A stretch of 64,000 nucleotides of DNA from the NCBI RefSeq assembly GCF_006345805.1, contig NC_042997.1:70246001-70310000 (forward strand), read 5' to 3'. The notes beneath the pieces were generated by a model. That model searched no databases. It was given only the letters and a program-made list of their open reading frames with translations, and was not told the origin of the DNA. The position numbers and the translations under genes are program-made. Each line of letters begins with the position of its first letter. Positions within the stretch are counted from its first letter, which is position 1. The stretch comes from Octopus sinensis. Lineage: Eukaryota. Shown here one piece after another: positions 40,613 through 54,275 of this stretch.

Positions 40613-41291
40613 ATTATTATCACTATCATCATCGTCTTCGGATTTGTTGTTAATGTTAATCCCCACGTGAATCCCGATTTAGCAGAGCCACGAATCAAAC
40701 ATGATTCGATCATTTTCATCGTGTCTTTGTTTAACATGTCTAACGTGTCATTGTCTAACATGTCGCTGATATTATCTTCCCTAGCGTGAAGATGTGATCT
40801 GAGGAAATTTCGTATCTATTACTAACATGACGCGAGATCTCAAAGTAGCTCTCATGTTGCTTTGGTAATTGTTTTTCGTGAAACATTGATCTGATAAGAG
40901 GTGGGGCTATATCAGTTTTATGTCTGGTATAATTGAAGATTTGAAGTGTGTTGTTACTTTTTCTGATGTCATTCGGTTAAAACCTTAGGTCATCCCTGGC
41001 TGGTCAGCCCTATAATTAAAGATGTTGACCACTCATAACCATCCCGTCTGGAGGCATATCATAAATCTACATTTTCTAGTCTGCAGGGTGTAATTTGAGG
41101 GTGTCTCTCTGGGTGCTACATCGGTGACTACATGCACAGGCTTGTGATTTCTTTTCTGTATTACGTAGAGATGAGATTGATTTCAGTATATATATATATG
41201 TATATATATATAAATACATGCACATACATACATGTATACATATATATGTATATATATATATATATATATACATACATGCATATACATGTGT

Positions 41292-41336
<45 letters not shown>

Positions 41337-41376
41337 ACACCACACACATGTATATGCATATGAACATATATACATG

Positions 41377-41411
<35 letters not shown>

Positions 41412-43005
41412 TTAAATATACATATACATATATGATGTGTGTGAGTGTGTATGTATGTTTGCATAAAAGTACATATAAATCTATTAATCTCAACGCTTGT
41501 AATAAATATCAATATATTATACAATTTAATAGTAGGCCTCGCCATTTGCTTCATCCTTTTTATTGCACATTAAATTACTTCTGTGTTTGACAGATGCCCT
41601 GAAACATGAGGTTAATCTGGCATGAAATAATACCAGCATAATATAATGTGGCCTTACATCTTCCTCTCCTTACAAACCGATCGAAACTAACACATATGGC
41701 TTGACACGCAGTTACGCCTATACGGTTAGATATACAAGCAAACTGACCTAATCGTATGTATTTATACACATAACTATTATGCGCTTATACAAACCATATA
41801 TATATACACATGCAAACGTGTGTGTGTATACATATAAACATATTTATTAATTGCTACATGCATATATACACACACATTCATACATACGTATATTATATTT
41901 GGAAATCATACACGTATTGATAATCACTTACGGAATTATATATTCACACATACACAGAGAAGTATAATCATATTCACAAAATCACACACACACGCGCGCG
42001 TGCACACACACACGCGCGCACACACACTCACATACATACAAACACACACATATACAGGTACATACACGCGCCCATACATAATTACATACATAGATACTTT
42101 GATATTATGAGTTCTCATGCATCTACTCATATATGTAAACAATTTTATCCACATATAAAAACATAGCTCGGTAAAGCAAGAGTATAACTAAAAACTGTGT
42201 ACCCATTCCTATATAAAGACACATAAAAACTCACGGATAGAAGCATAGATACATAAACATAGACACATTTAGATGTGTCTGTTCATAAAAATTTTATAGC
42301 CTTAACATATACAAGTTGACACACATATGCAGTAAAACCTGAGGTAGAATTTGGTGAATATAGGGGAGATGCTAGCCAAACATATGTACTAACCACATAT
42401 TAGTTTTATATCGTTAAACTCTATGAAATGGCCATCGATAAATCTCCCAAGCAGGAACCAAACCGGCTGTAAACTTCTGGAACAAAATTCAATTGATGCT
42501 CTTTGGAAATACATTATTTCATTTATGGCCATATGTGTCCCTGAAGGATTCTGTAATGACAGTTTTCTATAACTTCATAAAAGCCGCACAGTTTCAGAAA
42601 GTGTACACAGATATGATGATTCTCCTTTTCAGCACTGCTGCTCCCTGTTCTCCATTGGAGATTTCTTTTATTCTTTTGTGTGAAGTGTAAACACGTCTCA
42701 GCCCAAAATGTTTTATTGGTATTTTTCAATGGAATATATGTGAACTATTAATTTTTAAGGAGCTAAAATTAATCTTTTAATCTCTTATCTTTCTTTTGTT
42801 TCAGTCATGATGAGGCAGTACCTTGAAGAATCTTTGAGTCGAACGAATCGGCCCTAGTTGTTTTGTTTTCAACCTAGTACTTATCCTGTGAAATCTTTTG
42901 CCGAAGCGCGAAGTTACGTGGACGTAACCGAACCCAGATCGGTTGTCAGGCAGTGGTGGAAGACACACACAGACACAAAGAAGCAACATCTACATACATA
43001 CATAC

Positions 43006-43080
<75 letters not shown>

Positions 43081-43081
<1 letters not shown>

Positions 43082-43371
43082 TGTATAAAATACCGTGGGT
43101 AAGGCAAAAACAATGCGAAGTAAATGCAAGATAAATCACAAGAAAACAAATGTGTATTAATGTAGACTTATCTTGTATCCAATATTTCGGGGTTATAACC
43201 CCATTTTCAAGAAATTACCCCGAAGTATTGAACACAAAGTAAGTCTACATTAATTCACATATTTATTTTCTTGTGATTTACATTGCATTTACTTCTCATT
43301 GTTTTGGCCACACCCGCAATCTTCTATACAATATATTCTACGCAATGCTTCATAGTAATTATTCCATTATA

Positions 43372-43372
<1 letters not shown>
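43081..43372. mobile_element. PLE pseudo-LTR family palindrome (43081-43331) plus ~40-bp extension, in (AT)n
   Basis: Inverted arms; same arm and extension follow a GIY-YIG-like C-terminal remnant at 52575-52745. Confidence 0.8.
43178..43213 (-). ncRNA. Minimal hammerhead-like motif with U3/A8 core
   Basis: TTC-TTGAAAA-T-GGGG TTATAA CCCC-GAAA T ATT-GGA. Confidence 0.55.
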
Positions 43373-43414
<42 letters not shown>

Positions 43415-43470
43415 TATATATATATATATATCTGTATCTATCTATCTCTATCTCTATCTCTATCTATCTA

Positions 43471-43527
<57 letters not shown>

Positions 43528-43553
43528 CTATCTCTATCTATCTATATATATAT

Positions 43554-43604
<51 letters not shown>

Positions 43605-43700
43605 GCACATGAGTAACTTCTTTTAGTTTCTGTCTATCAAATCAACTCACAAAGACCCGAGGATAAGGAAGACACTAAGTTCGATAGTTATACGAGTAAA

Positions 43701-43872
43701 TATATATATTAGACAAAATGAGATAACAAAACCAAGGCTGTGAGTAGTTTTCAGGACATTTATAAGGAAAAAGATATAGATATAGATATAGTCGATATCT
43801 TTTTCCTCATATATGTCCTGAAAACTACTCACAGACTTGACTTTGTTATCTCATTTTGTCTAATATATATAT
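43701..43872. repeat. ~170-bp palindrome (MITE- or PLE-like)
   Basis: ATTAGACAAAATGAGATAACAAAACCAAGGCTGTGAGTAGTTTTCAGGACAT and its reverse complement around a (ATATAG)n centre. Confidence 0.8.
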
Positions 43873-43879
43873 AGTGTTT

Positions 43880-44300
43880 GGGGAGAGACATTCTCTTTTA
43901 GTGCCTTATTATTTAACACACTCACAGGTAAACTTTCCACTCATTTATTTATTTTTCTAAAATTTGCGTTGCGTCTTGCAACCTTTTCAATAGTTGTTGA
44001 CTCTGTCCGTTATCCGAGCTGTCTTCTTTTTGTTTTTGTGTGCGCATGTGCGGATCAATGTGTTTGCGCCGAAACAAACAAAAGAACGTATCTCGGATAA
44101 CGTATCTCGCATAACGACTATAGGAAAGGTTGCAAGACGCAACGAACATTTTAGGAAAAATAAATGAGCGAAAACTTTACCGGTGAGTGTGTTAAATAAT
44201 AAGGCACTAAAAGAGAATGACTCTCCCTAGATAAAACAAAATATGCTTCAACACACGAACTCACATAAAGAATCATGCAAACCTAATCCAAAAACGAAAT
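43880..44300. mobile_element. Palindrome (43880-44227) plus extension; hammerhead-like motif in each arm
   Basis: Arms match 29760-29920; motifs at 43955-43993 (minus) and 44118-44153 (plus). Confidence 0.75.
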
Positions 44301-44338
44301 ATATATATATATATATAATATATATACACATCTATATG

Positions 44339-44400
<62 letters not shown>

Positions 44401-44413
44401 CTGTGTGTGTATA

Positions 44414-44962
44414 CGAGCAAAACGCCCCCCGTCAAATGGAGTGTGCTGAGTTGTCAAACATTTAAACCAAATTTTCTCAAAATAACTTGTCCAACCGTCT
44501 CATAGGCCTCCCCTTTGAGAAACACTGATTAAACCTAAATTTGAGACACCAGCAAAAGAAGAAATAAAGATATAAAGAAATAAAGACGGTTTTCTATTAA
44601 AAAAAAAGGATTTTATTCACACAGGTATGCAACCGAAGAGTTTAAAGTACCAGTAATGATAAGGGTGTCGACTGGGAGAACACAAACACGGTTTAAACAG
44701 TAAGCTTGGCAGGAAAGAAACGTGTCTTTAAGCAGTACAAAAATAACAAAACATGGAAAGTGCAATTATGTACAGGTTGACGGAAGAAAAGTAGGACAAA
44801 AACGGCTTTATCGATCGCATTCTCACCTGGAATCGATTTTTGTAATTTTTTCAAGACTTATACACGCCCTGATACCGTCGGTATCTACATATCAAATTTG
44901 AGCGCAATTGGATGGAGGGTGCCCGAGATCATAGAAGATACACATAGAGCGGATTTTATATA

Positions 44963-44965
<3 letters not shown>
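44414..44965 (-). mobile_element. Non-autonomous Helitron-like element
   Basis: Minus strand A|TCTTATATAAAA 5' end, CAAATTTGATATG subterminal motif, 3' GACGGGGGGCGTTTTGCTCG|T (CTAG-like end). Confidence 0.6.
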
Positions 44966-45039
<74 letters not shown>

Positions 45040-45060
45040 AATATATATATATATTATATA

Positions 45061-45773
45061 ATTATAATTAGGGTTCAGCTAATTGCTTCACCACGTACCG
45101 AATTTAGAAATAGGATTTAAAATTCCATTTCTGCTACTATAAGAATCTCCATGACTGTAAACATACTTTTTTTACCATTTTTACGAAGGCAAAGAGGAAA
45201 ACAATGAATCAACACGACCAGGATTAATTATATACGCGTTTCGAGATTAAGTTTTACTTACTTCTCTCTCTTCGGTATAATATTTCCAATTTATAAAATT
45301 TGAAAGTGCTAGGGCTGAATATGCACACAATCGAGCGTCATCATGTAACAGATATCCAACAACACTTCCAAAATTTACAGACCCGAATGTGAATACGCTA
45401 TTCAGACTCTATACCTTTGCCTTCAAACTCTATACTTTTTGCATTCGTAAAAACGTGTTTACAGTCAAGGAGATTCTTATAGTAGCAGAAAAGGACTTTT
45501 AACTCCTATTTCTAAATTCGGTATGTGATGAAGCAATTAGCTGACCCCTAATTATAATTATGTGGATAATTTTACCTATAAAGGCTATTTTAACATACCG
45601 ATCTACTTGGTAAAATTATTAATTAATTTAATTAATAAATTTTAGCCTTCTATTATTAATTTAAAATTATAATTTACTCCATGATAGAATACTGCAGTTT
45701 TCTGCGGTATTGCACATAGCATACGCGTGGGTATAGAGTTTAAATAGTGCATTCACATTCGGCTCTGTAAATT
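45061..45773. repeat. Two interleaved inverted-repeat pairs
   Basis: A 45061-45163 / A' 45456-45558; B 45372-45415 / B' 45730-45773. Confidence 0.75.
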
Positions 45774-46767
45774 ACATTGATCCCAGTGTTCAGCTGGTAC
45801 TTATTCTATCGATCCCGAAAGGATCTAAAGTAACACCTTTGTCCGGCATGCTAACGCAGCCTTCATGAGAGATAAAAGAATATTGCAAAAGAGATTTTTC
45901 GTAAACTTAAATATATAGAAATATCTGATGACACGTGACCTAATATAATGAGTTTAATGACTGCTGTTGTTTAAATCCACGTTAACTATGATCAAGTAGA
46001 TATGCTGAAAATCATTCCAACCATAACCCTAGCATCGTTTTAGGAGGGAGTTGGGGCTTTTTACTGAATTATCTATTGTGTCCTTCCGTAGTAAAATTGT
46101 ACATTTTGATAGAGATATGGCAACTATCTCTAGCTGGTCAATCACCCACACTGAAGCTCCGTCATTGCCTCAGATATCATCTATTGTAGTCTTACCATTT
46201 ATGATTTCTTCCTGGGCATTAGCATAACAAGTATAATAGTTTCTAACAGAATCGAAGTTGTTGGAGAGAAAGGTTCATAGTGTAAATCACGACTGATTCA
46301 TGAATAAAAATATAGTTACTCATCTATTGTAATCTCTTATTATAAAAGGCAGATTTTATCTGCCTCCCTTTCGGAGTTATAGAAATCTACAATATAGGAT
46401 TTCTTCAATTACAATTTACCTAGCATTTTTAAGAGTACAATGCATCGCGTCATGCCAGGTCCAGTTTTTAAAATTTAAACTCCAATTAAGCAAAATTTAT
46501 AGAAAACTCACATTCTGGTGTGTGTGTCAAATGCTTTTCTTAGTCTGGTTTACACCACACGCAAACGCACACACACAGTGGGCAACGAATAAAATGAAAG
46601 TAAATAGCGACAGAGTGATTTGAGGAAGACTAAAGTGAAAGTATTCTGTCTATGACGCTGATAGATACATGAGTAAAATGTATGGGAAGCTAAGAGCTAA
46701 GAGTGAGTGAAAATGTTCTTGGAAGAGAGTAATTAGTAATAAAGTAAACATACACTCATACATACAT

Positions 46768-46800
<33 letters not shown>

Positions 46801-47184
46801 TACACACACACATACATACACACACACATACATACATACACACATACATACATACATACATATACATACATACATACATATACATACATACATACACACA
46901 CACACATACACACACACACACAGTATTGAAGCTTGAGAACAATCAGATACATTTGCAACACATCTGTTGAAAATATTATTGTTCACACACATACATATAC
47001 ATATATACATACAGACAGACAGACAGATAGACACACACACACACACACCCACACACACACATGATCCAGCATGGCCACAACCTCAAGGCTGAAACATATA
47101 AAAGAATAACAGAATACAAATGTGTGCAAAGTACAAGAAATATTAATGCAGTATATGGGGATTGGACAATAAGCGTAAGGTAGT

Positions 47185-47484
47185 GTCAATGGTGGTTCCA
47201 GAAATCCCGAGCCATAAACTACAGCCTAGAAGACGAGCCTCATCCTGAAAGATCTGTAGAACTCGACAAAGATATCCTGAAAACCCTGGTGGAACAAAAT
47301 ATATCGTAACTGTTGAGGAACTAGCAGAGAAGCTTGGATTTGGTCATTCAACCATTCATTGACACCTGTGTGCTATCGGAAAAGTCAGCAAATTGGGTCA
47401 ATGGGTTCCTCACGAACTTTCCGAGTCTAATTGCATGCAGAGAGTGAATGTATGCTTTTCTTTGCAGTCATATCTCACCACTAC
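47185..47484 (+). mobile_element. Mariner transposase fragment
   Basis: SLEDEPHP...TVEELAEKLGFGHSTI...KLGQWVPHELSE. Confidence 0.88.
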
Positions 47485-47497
47485 TGCGCTATGTATA

Positions 47498-48133
47498 TCT
47501 ATATATATAAAACTGTAGTTGTGTGAGTGTCTGTCCCCTTCGATTTAGATTCCTAACTACTCCCACATTTTGCGGTACAGTTTAACCAAATTCGGGTAGC
47601 TTATAGTCGTGATTCATATCAAGCCCGTCTGAATATTAGCGCGCGTCTACGATGAGTCTACGATTTTAAAAATAATTTAACATCATTTTTTATTCCATTT
47701 TAATGCATAATTTTTCGTGTGTCGATGGCGGCGGAGTTGGCGTCCACGCTCACACCTGCACCTGTGGGGAAGGGAGTGTAAGGAAATCAACGTCGTAATG
47801 CGTTGCCAAGGAGACCAGTGTTCTTTTAGAACAACGACTTCATGGCTTGAAGACACCAAAACAGAAATGGCTAAGAAAGCGTCTACACGAGTCTACGATT
47901 AAAAAAAAAAATTACCATCGTTTTTTTTCCATTTTAATGCATTTTTTCGCTATTATATAAGGGAAGTAACTCTCTAAAAATGTCTACGATGAGTCAACGA
48001 TTTAAAAAAAATTTACCATCATATTTTTTCCATTTTTAATGCATTTTTTGCTATTTTTTGGCTATAACTCTCTAAAAATGCTTATATAGTTATTTCCCTT
48101 ACAAACCCGAGCAACGCCGGGCGATACTGCTAG
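47498..48133 (+). mobile_element. Non-autonomous Helitron
   Basis: A|TC 5' end, hairpin CCCGAGCAACGCCGGG (48106-48121), CTAG|T 3' end, no TSD. Confidence 0.9.
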
Positions 48134-48976
48134 TGTATTTATATTTGTAGGGAATTCGTAATAATAGTCGCTCTTACTCTCACGGGTTTAATTTAGATTT
48201 CTTTCTTCTCTCTCCTTTGCACCCAAAAGTTAATTCCCACAGCAAAATGATGGACTGTATTATATCGTTGCCAGAAACTAATGAAAGGCAAGTTTTTTTA
48301 GGTGAAATTTGAATGCAGAACCTAAAACGATCTAATTAAACGTCATTGGAGATTTCATCACAAAACGTTCTCGAAACCTGCCAGTCCAAACAATAACGGT
48401 TCAATATTTAGAAGGGAATGTTATTATTAAATTAAATTGACTGTTGCTACAGTAACAGAAAACTGAATTGGCAACCTATTACCGATCCTTATTTTATCAC
48501 ACACATAGTAATAGAAATGTTAAAGATGTATGAATTAATAAATTAGAAGAATAAAATTCATAACTGAAAGTTATTAAAACCTAGTATCATACCAATTTAT
48601 GTCAAGAATTATGTTTTTAAATTTTCATACTTGCATAATTTCTGCTTCTAGAAATAAATCTTTTGCAGAGAGACAAGTATAATTCATTGACACAATCTGA
48701 ATATCTACTAGTAGTGGACTAGATATGAAAATTTATTGTGTTGCTATGTATACATGTACATATGAGTTCTGGCATTAATTCTTATGAGTGTCTTTCTACA
48801 ATGATTGAAAATATTAGTTGAAGACAAGCACTACGATCAATTCAATTGATATCACATTAGCAGATTAAAATAACATTGTTTTACTAATAATGCACAGGAT
48901 CAAAAGACACTCAATGATATTACGTCATTAAATCCCTTTAGAAAGCTTGAATGTAAAAGAGTTATAGTCGTCTTAC

Positions 48977-49190
48977 CTTGCCAACCACACTTGCAGAGAA
49001 AGAGATACAGAGAATAAAGTAGAGAGTGACTGTGAAAATGAGTTTAAGATTGATTCACCCCGGGGCGGTGTGTCTAAGAAAGAGAAAGAAAGAGAAAGAT
49101 TGAGTGAGCGAGTGAGTGAATGAGTGAGGGAAATGTGCGAACAGATACGTAGGAGAGCAATGCAGTGAGTCCAAACAGAGAGAATATTCG
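48977..49190 (-). other. Candidate 5'-UTR first exon
   Basis: Donor AAG|GTAAGA at 48976; CT-rich leader typical of 5' UTRs; start boundary is a guess. Confidence 0.25.
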
Positions 49191-51233
49191 AACTATAGTT
49201 AAAATCTTAACTCACATTGTCTCGATAACAATTAATTCGCAAGATAAATACGTTTAAATTTAAAATTTAAATCAATAGAATAACCCAATAATTTTGTAAA
49301 ATGAATACATTTAGAAGATTCTTCAAAATTAAATTACCCATTCACTATCTAATTAACTAATCCACCCATATCCTGAATAAGTACTTGTAACGATATCTCC
49401 GGTAAAAAAGTAAGAAAAGAAATGAAATCTGAGGAGAACTGTTTTGGTTCGAGTTGATGGGGAAATAAATGTTTAAGAATGACTTCTGCTGACAAATATA
49501 CCATAATGTGACTGTAAAAGAAAAAAATAGATAATTTTTTTAAAAAATACGTTCATACACGTATAGAAAATAGTAGCGGTTGGGGTTGGAACTTTCATAA
49601 ATAAATAAAAAAAAATATAGGGAATGGTAAAGATTATTTAGTGTACAGAGTTGATGCGTAAAGCGGGAAGACTGTAAGTGAACTTAAAAACAAAAATAAA
49701 CGAAAATTACTGAAAAATGAAATTTGGAGAAAACGTGAAGGATTAGCAGGAATTTCAATGATGCATAAGTGTTAGAATCAGTTATCAAGAGAGAAACATC
49801 GAGAGTTCTACAGAGTCTCTTTCGAGGAGTTTGGAAAGGGTTTTAATGACTGTAACGGAACAAGAAAATTAGGATATTGTCACAATCTACATAGTCTTGT
49901 TATTTTATGTTTAATTTTATTTTCATGTTTTACGTAGGTATGTCATTGTTTTATGCTATTAGTTTTTAAAATTTTATTTTTTATATTTTAAAACATATTT
50001 GTTTTGTATTTCGTTCAGAGCTTCGTAATATATTTCATTATTTATTTCTTAATTTTTTTTTATAGAGAATTTTAATAGGGACGAGTAAAATAATTGGATT
50101 AAATACATGTAGAGAGAAAAACAAAAATTATGATGAAGTGAAAATAAGAATTAAATAAAATAATGAATAAAAATTTCAAATATAAAAAAATGGTGTAAAA
50201 TTTTTTAAAAATATGGAAAATAAAAAGTTTTGAATGTAAAAAGAAAAACATTTAGATAGTAAAATATTAAGATCAGAGATTGAGTGATGGTTGAAGGAAT
50301 TTAGATTTCGAGGCTGAGGGGTATAATGAAATTACGAACTTGCGTTGTATTTAGATGACAGCAACAACAAGAACAACGAGAACAAATTCGTTTCGACTAT
50401 TATAACAGTAACAACAGCAACATGAACAACAATACATAGACGCACAGTTTTAACAATTATGCTATAAATATCAACATCAACAAATTCAAAATTCATAATG
50501 GCGGTGCTGACCAAGACAATGACAACAAGAACAACGTAGGTAAAATGTAAACAAAATAATATCTGGGAGTGTAACTATCAAGACAAAAAGAAATCTAACT
50601 GTAAAATCAATAATAATATAAATTACACCAGCAGAAACGCGGTAGGGATAGCAGCAAAAGTAGAAGTAGAAGTGGGAGCAGCAGAATGAACAACAACAGT
50701 AATACAAAACAAAAATAAAAAGTAAATAGCAGAAGAGTACTTCACAAAAGTTACCTTGGTAAAAAGAAGAATGATGAAGATGATGATGACGACGACGACG
50801 AATGTGATGTTAATGATAGCGGTGGTGATGGTGGTGGTGCTGACAACAACCACAATCAAAATAATGGTATTAAAATTATTATGATTATCCAACTGCCGGA
50901 TATTTTAGATTAATTATGAAGGGGCTAAGGGCGAGTGCGAGAAATATAATTAGGGAAAAAGTACCATCTCTCGTCTTATATTTTCTGCATATGTGAGGTA
51001 TGCCACTGAGGGTTTTTATATATCCAAATGCTCATTTTTACGTGCATGTATATATATATATATATATAATAAAGAGAGAGAGAGAGAGAGATAGATAGAT
51101 AGATAGATAGTTGTGTGTGTATGTGGATACGCATAATTAAAAATGAGAATACAGATATATGCGCACATTTACTTATACAACTATGTACGTACTTACATAT
51201 AATTGTATATGATGCCTATATATGTGAAATGGA

Positions 51234-51365
<132 letters not shown>

Positions 51366-51636
51366 TATTATATATGTACTTACAATGTATATTTACTATT
51401 TACATATATACATATATTCAAAACGTATACCTATATATGAATACCTATGAACGCATTTTGGAAATTCCAGATATTTTTCGCGTTTTTAGCCAAAATAGAG
51501 ACGAAGCCCATTCCTCCATATGATTGGTTTGAAAAATAGTTAAGATAGGATTTTTTCTTAGCATGAAAACAATGGTAGCTTTAATACCCTAAAGCGGTGT
51601 TAAGCACGGACACACATTGCTCAACATTTACGTATA

Positions 51637-52290
51637 TATTGGGCCAACCCATAAATATAACGGTTTTTTATACCTCTTTTATTTTAAAAATAGGTTCTTT
51701 TCTAATCTAAAATATACGATCCTCCATTTTCTACAATGCTCTTTCATCTATCTGGTAGATTTGCAAGACCCATCTTCCAAAATTCACTTGTCTGTGACGA
51801 AAAATACTCCTCCAGTACTGTTCTGGCCTCGTCTACAGGATTCATATTTTTTCCGTCCAAATGATTTTGAAGGCTGCGGAATAAATGTTAATCAGATGGG
51901 GCAATGTCCAGCAAATATGGTGTACGGGGCATCGTTCCCCATCCAAACTGCTCCAGCTTATAGAATCGTAGCCTCGCTGTATATGGCCGAGCATGGTAGA
52001 ATACCTCTCGTTTTGAAACCAAACATGGTCGTTTTTCTTCTCGCGTTAAATGAAGCCGCTCAAGCGGCTCGAAGTACATTCCTTTGTTGTCTTTTGGTTT
52101 GAGTCTAAAAGTTCAAAGTACTGTAAACCTTTTATATCCCACTAAAGAGATAACGACGCCTTACGTGGGTGAAGTCCTTCTTTAGCCTGGGGTGCCGGTA
52201 TTTCTCCTTTACCCACACAGTGTCTTCGGCACTTGACATTTTTTATAGAGGACCTATTTCTCGTCACCAGTCACTATTCGGTCCAAAAAG
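51637..52290 (-). mobile_element. Mariner 3' half
   Basis: FLDRIVTGDEK, PYLLDIAPSD*HLFRSLQNHL, LANLPDR*KSIVENGGSYILD; TA plus TIR TTGGGCCAACCCATAA. Confidence 0.88.
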
Positions 52291-52742
52291 GAAGCATGAC
52301 AAGAAAACTGCATATAACACTTGCAGGCAAACACCTTCGTGAACAAACACCTATGGAAATGCCAGACTCGGTAATTCACAGTGCACATCGAGGCAACACA
52401 GCGGAACAGGGGCAACCTTAAAATCTCTGAGGCCATCCTCATACACCAAAATAAATCCAAGATCAGCAACAGAAGAGAGTTACAGAAAGCTAGCTGGTTG
52501 CTATAGCAACACCTTTCTACGCATGTCTACTCCACACACGCACACACACACGCACATTGGTAACATTCGTCTATTTCTTAAAAATGGGGTCATAGCCCCC
52601 AAAATATTGAATACAAGGTAAGTTCACATTAATTTACATATTTGTTTTGTTGTGATTTACCTTGCATTTACTTCGCATTGTCTTAGCCTTACCCACGATC
52701 TTTTATACAATCTATTCTACACTATGCTTCATAGTAATTATT

Positions 52743-52745
<3 letters not shown>
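52291..52745 (+). mobile_element. Penelope-like 3' fragment (GIY-YIG C-terminus plus pseudo-LTR) abutting the mariner
   Basis: LKISEAILIHQNKSKISNRRE; 52575-52745 matches the 43081 palindrome arm and extension; ends in (AT)n. Confidence 0.6.
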
Positions 52746-52789
<44 letters not shown>

Positions 52790-52899
52790 ATATAATATAT
52801 ATATATGCATACATAAATACATATAATATTTATACGTACGTATAAATATATATATTCATATACAAATGCACACGCCATACACACGCACACGCACACACA

Positions 52900-52936
<37 letters not shown>

Positions 52937-53263
52937 TGATGCAAACAGATATATACCACGGAATACTGAAAATTTGCTACCATTTAAGGGTATCGGGATG
53001 GGCCCAACCTTCCAAGTTCTTTTATAGAGCAAAGAAATACTGATGAACCGCTGCAGTAAGTGTGTGAATCTAAGAGTAGAGTACATTAAATAACATCATA
53101 ACTAACTGATCTTTCCGGATTTTCTTTTACCCACAACCAGGATCTTTTCAGCACTCTGTCGTTTATAGATACATAACGAGCACAGTTCCTATATGCATTC
53201 ACAAAGAAAAGTGTACAAAAACACATACACATCTAACGCACAGTCACGCACAATAAGTCACGG

Positions 53264-53294
<31 letters not shown>

Positions 53295-53684
53295 CGAAAA
53301 AGGAAGACGATCACATGATTTAATTTCATATATAAAAGACAGTTTATATAGTATTTTGGGAATAAATACCAGATGCTATTTTAGATCACAAACAAAGCGA
53401 AAGTAAAAGGTGACGGCTAAAAATGAAGAAATCTAAAGTAAATCAACGAGATGTAATTAGTCCATATGCAGTGCATGTTTGCAAAGAAGATAATGCAACA
53501 CTAGTAGTAAAGCGATGCTTTGATCAGTGCGTAACCGTTTAACATTTGAAGGAATCACTTTAGCAAATAAAGAAAAAAAAAACAAAAAAACATAGAGATA
53601 GTGAATTTCCCGTCTATAAAAGTATGCTATATTTTACGTTAAATAAACGTAGGTTGTATGCATTACATGTCATGAAATGATACG

Positions 53685-53955
53685 GAGCCATGCTAGTGCA
53701 GTGGCTTGAATAATATTTAGGCGAATGAATTGACCCAAAGACTGCTACTTATTCTACCAGGATCTTTTGCCGAACCGTTAAATTACGGAGACGTAAACAC
53801 ATCAGCACCAGATGTCAAGAGTTGAGTGTGACAAACACACACACGGTGGGCTGCTTCATTCAATTTCTATCTACAACATCCAAATGCTGCGCAGTGGGAC
53901 TCATCCGGAACCATAAGGTTGGGAAGCAAGCTTCCTACTACACAGTCATGCCTAC
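53685..53955 (-). mobile_element. SINE family 2, decayed
   Basis: Minus strand ATGGTTCCGGATGAGTCCCACTGCGC head. Confidence 0.65.
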
Positions 53956-54102
53956 TCGAAGTAATACAAATTTCACATGAATTTATTTCCTAATTAGTTT
54001 CGTCAAAAAGTTTATGTAATTTTACTACATTTTATGTTCAAATCTGACATTTTATTTTCCTTCATCTTGTACATTACAACACTAATTCAACCTCTATATA
54101 CT

Positions 54103-54275
54103 CAGGCACGTCAGCCGGATTTCGTGTGTGGAGATGCTTTAGAATATTCAGTGGCTACTTATTTGTAATTATGCTAAAGTGGAGTTTCGAAATAAGTGTC
54201 AATAAATCTGAGGGTATACTATTGAATAGTAAAGGGGGAAGGGCCGTCCAGTGCACCCCCGTAGCGACGGGCATG
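54103..54275. mobile_element. hAT-type MITE
   Basis: Exact 8-bp TSD TATATACT (54095-54102 and 54276-54283); imperfect TIRs CAGGCACGTC / GACGGGCATG. Confidence 0.85.

Noticed and set aside
46333-46560. Possible third Helitron (A|TCTCTTATTATAAAAGG start)
   Set aside because: 5' end looks right, but no 3' hairpin or CTAG terminus found.
50330-50900. Asn/Asp/Gly-rich ORF-like region
   Set aside because: Degenerate AAC/GAT/GGT repeats with stops in all frames.
53040-53075. Canonical CTGATGA hammerhead core
   Set aside because: No convincing stem II or GAAA follows.
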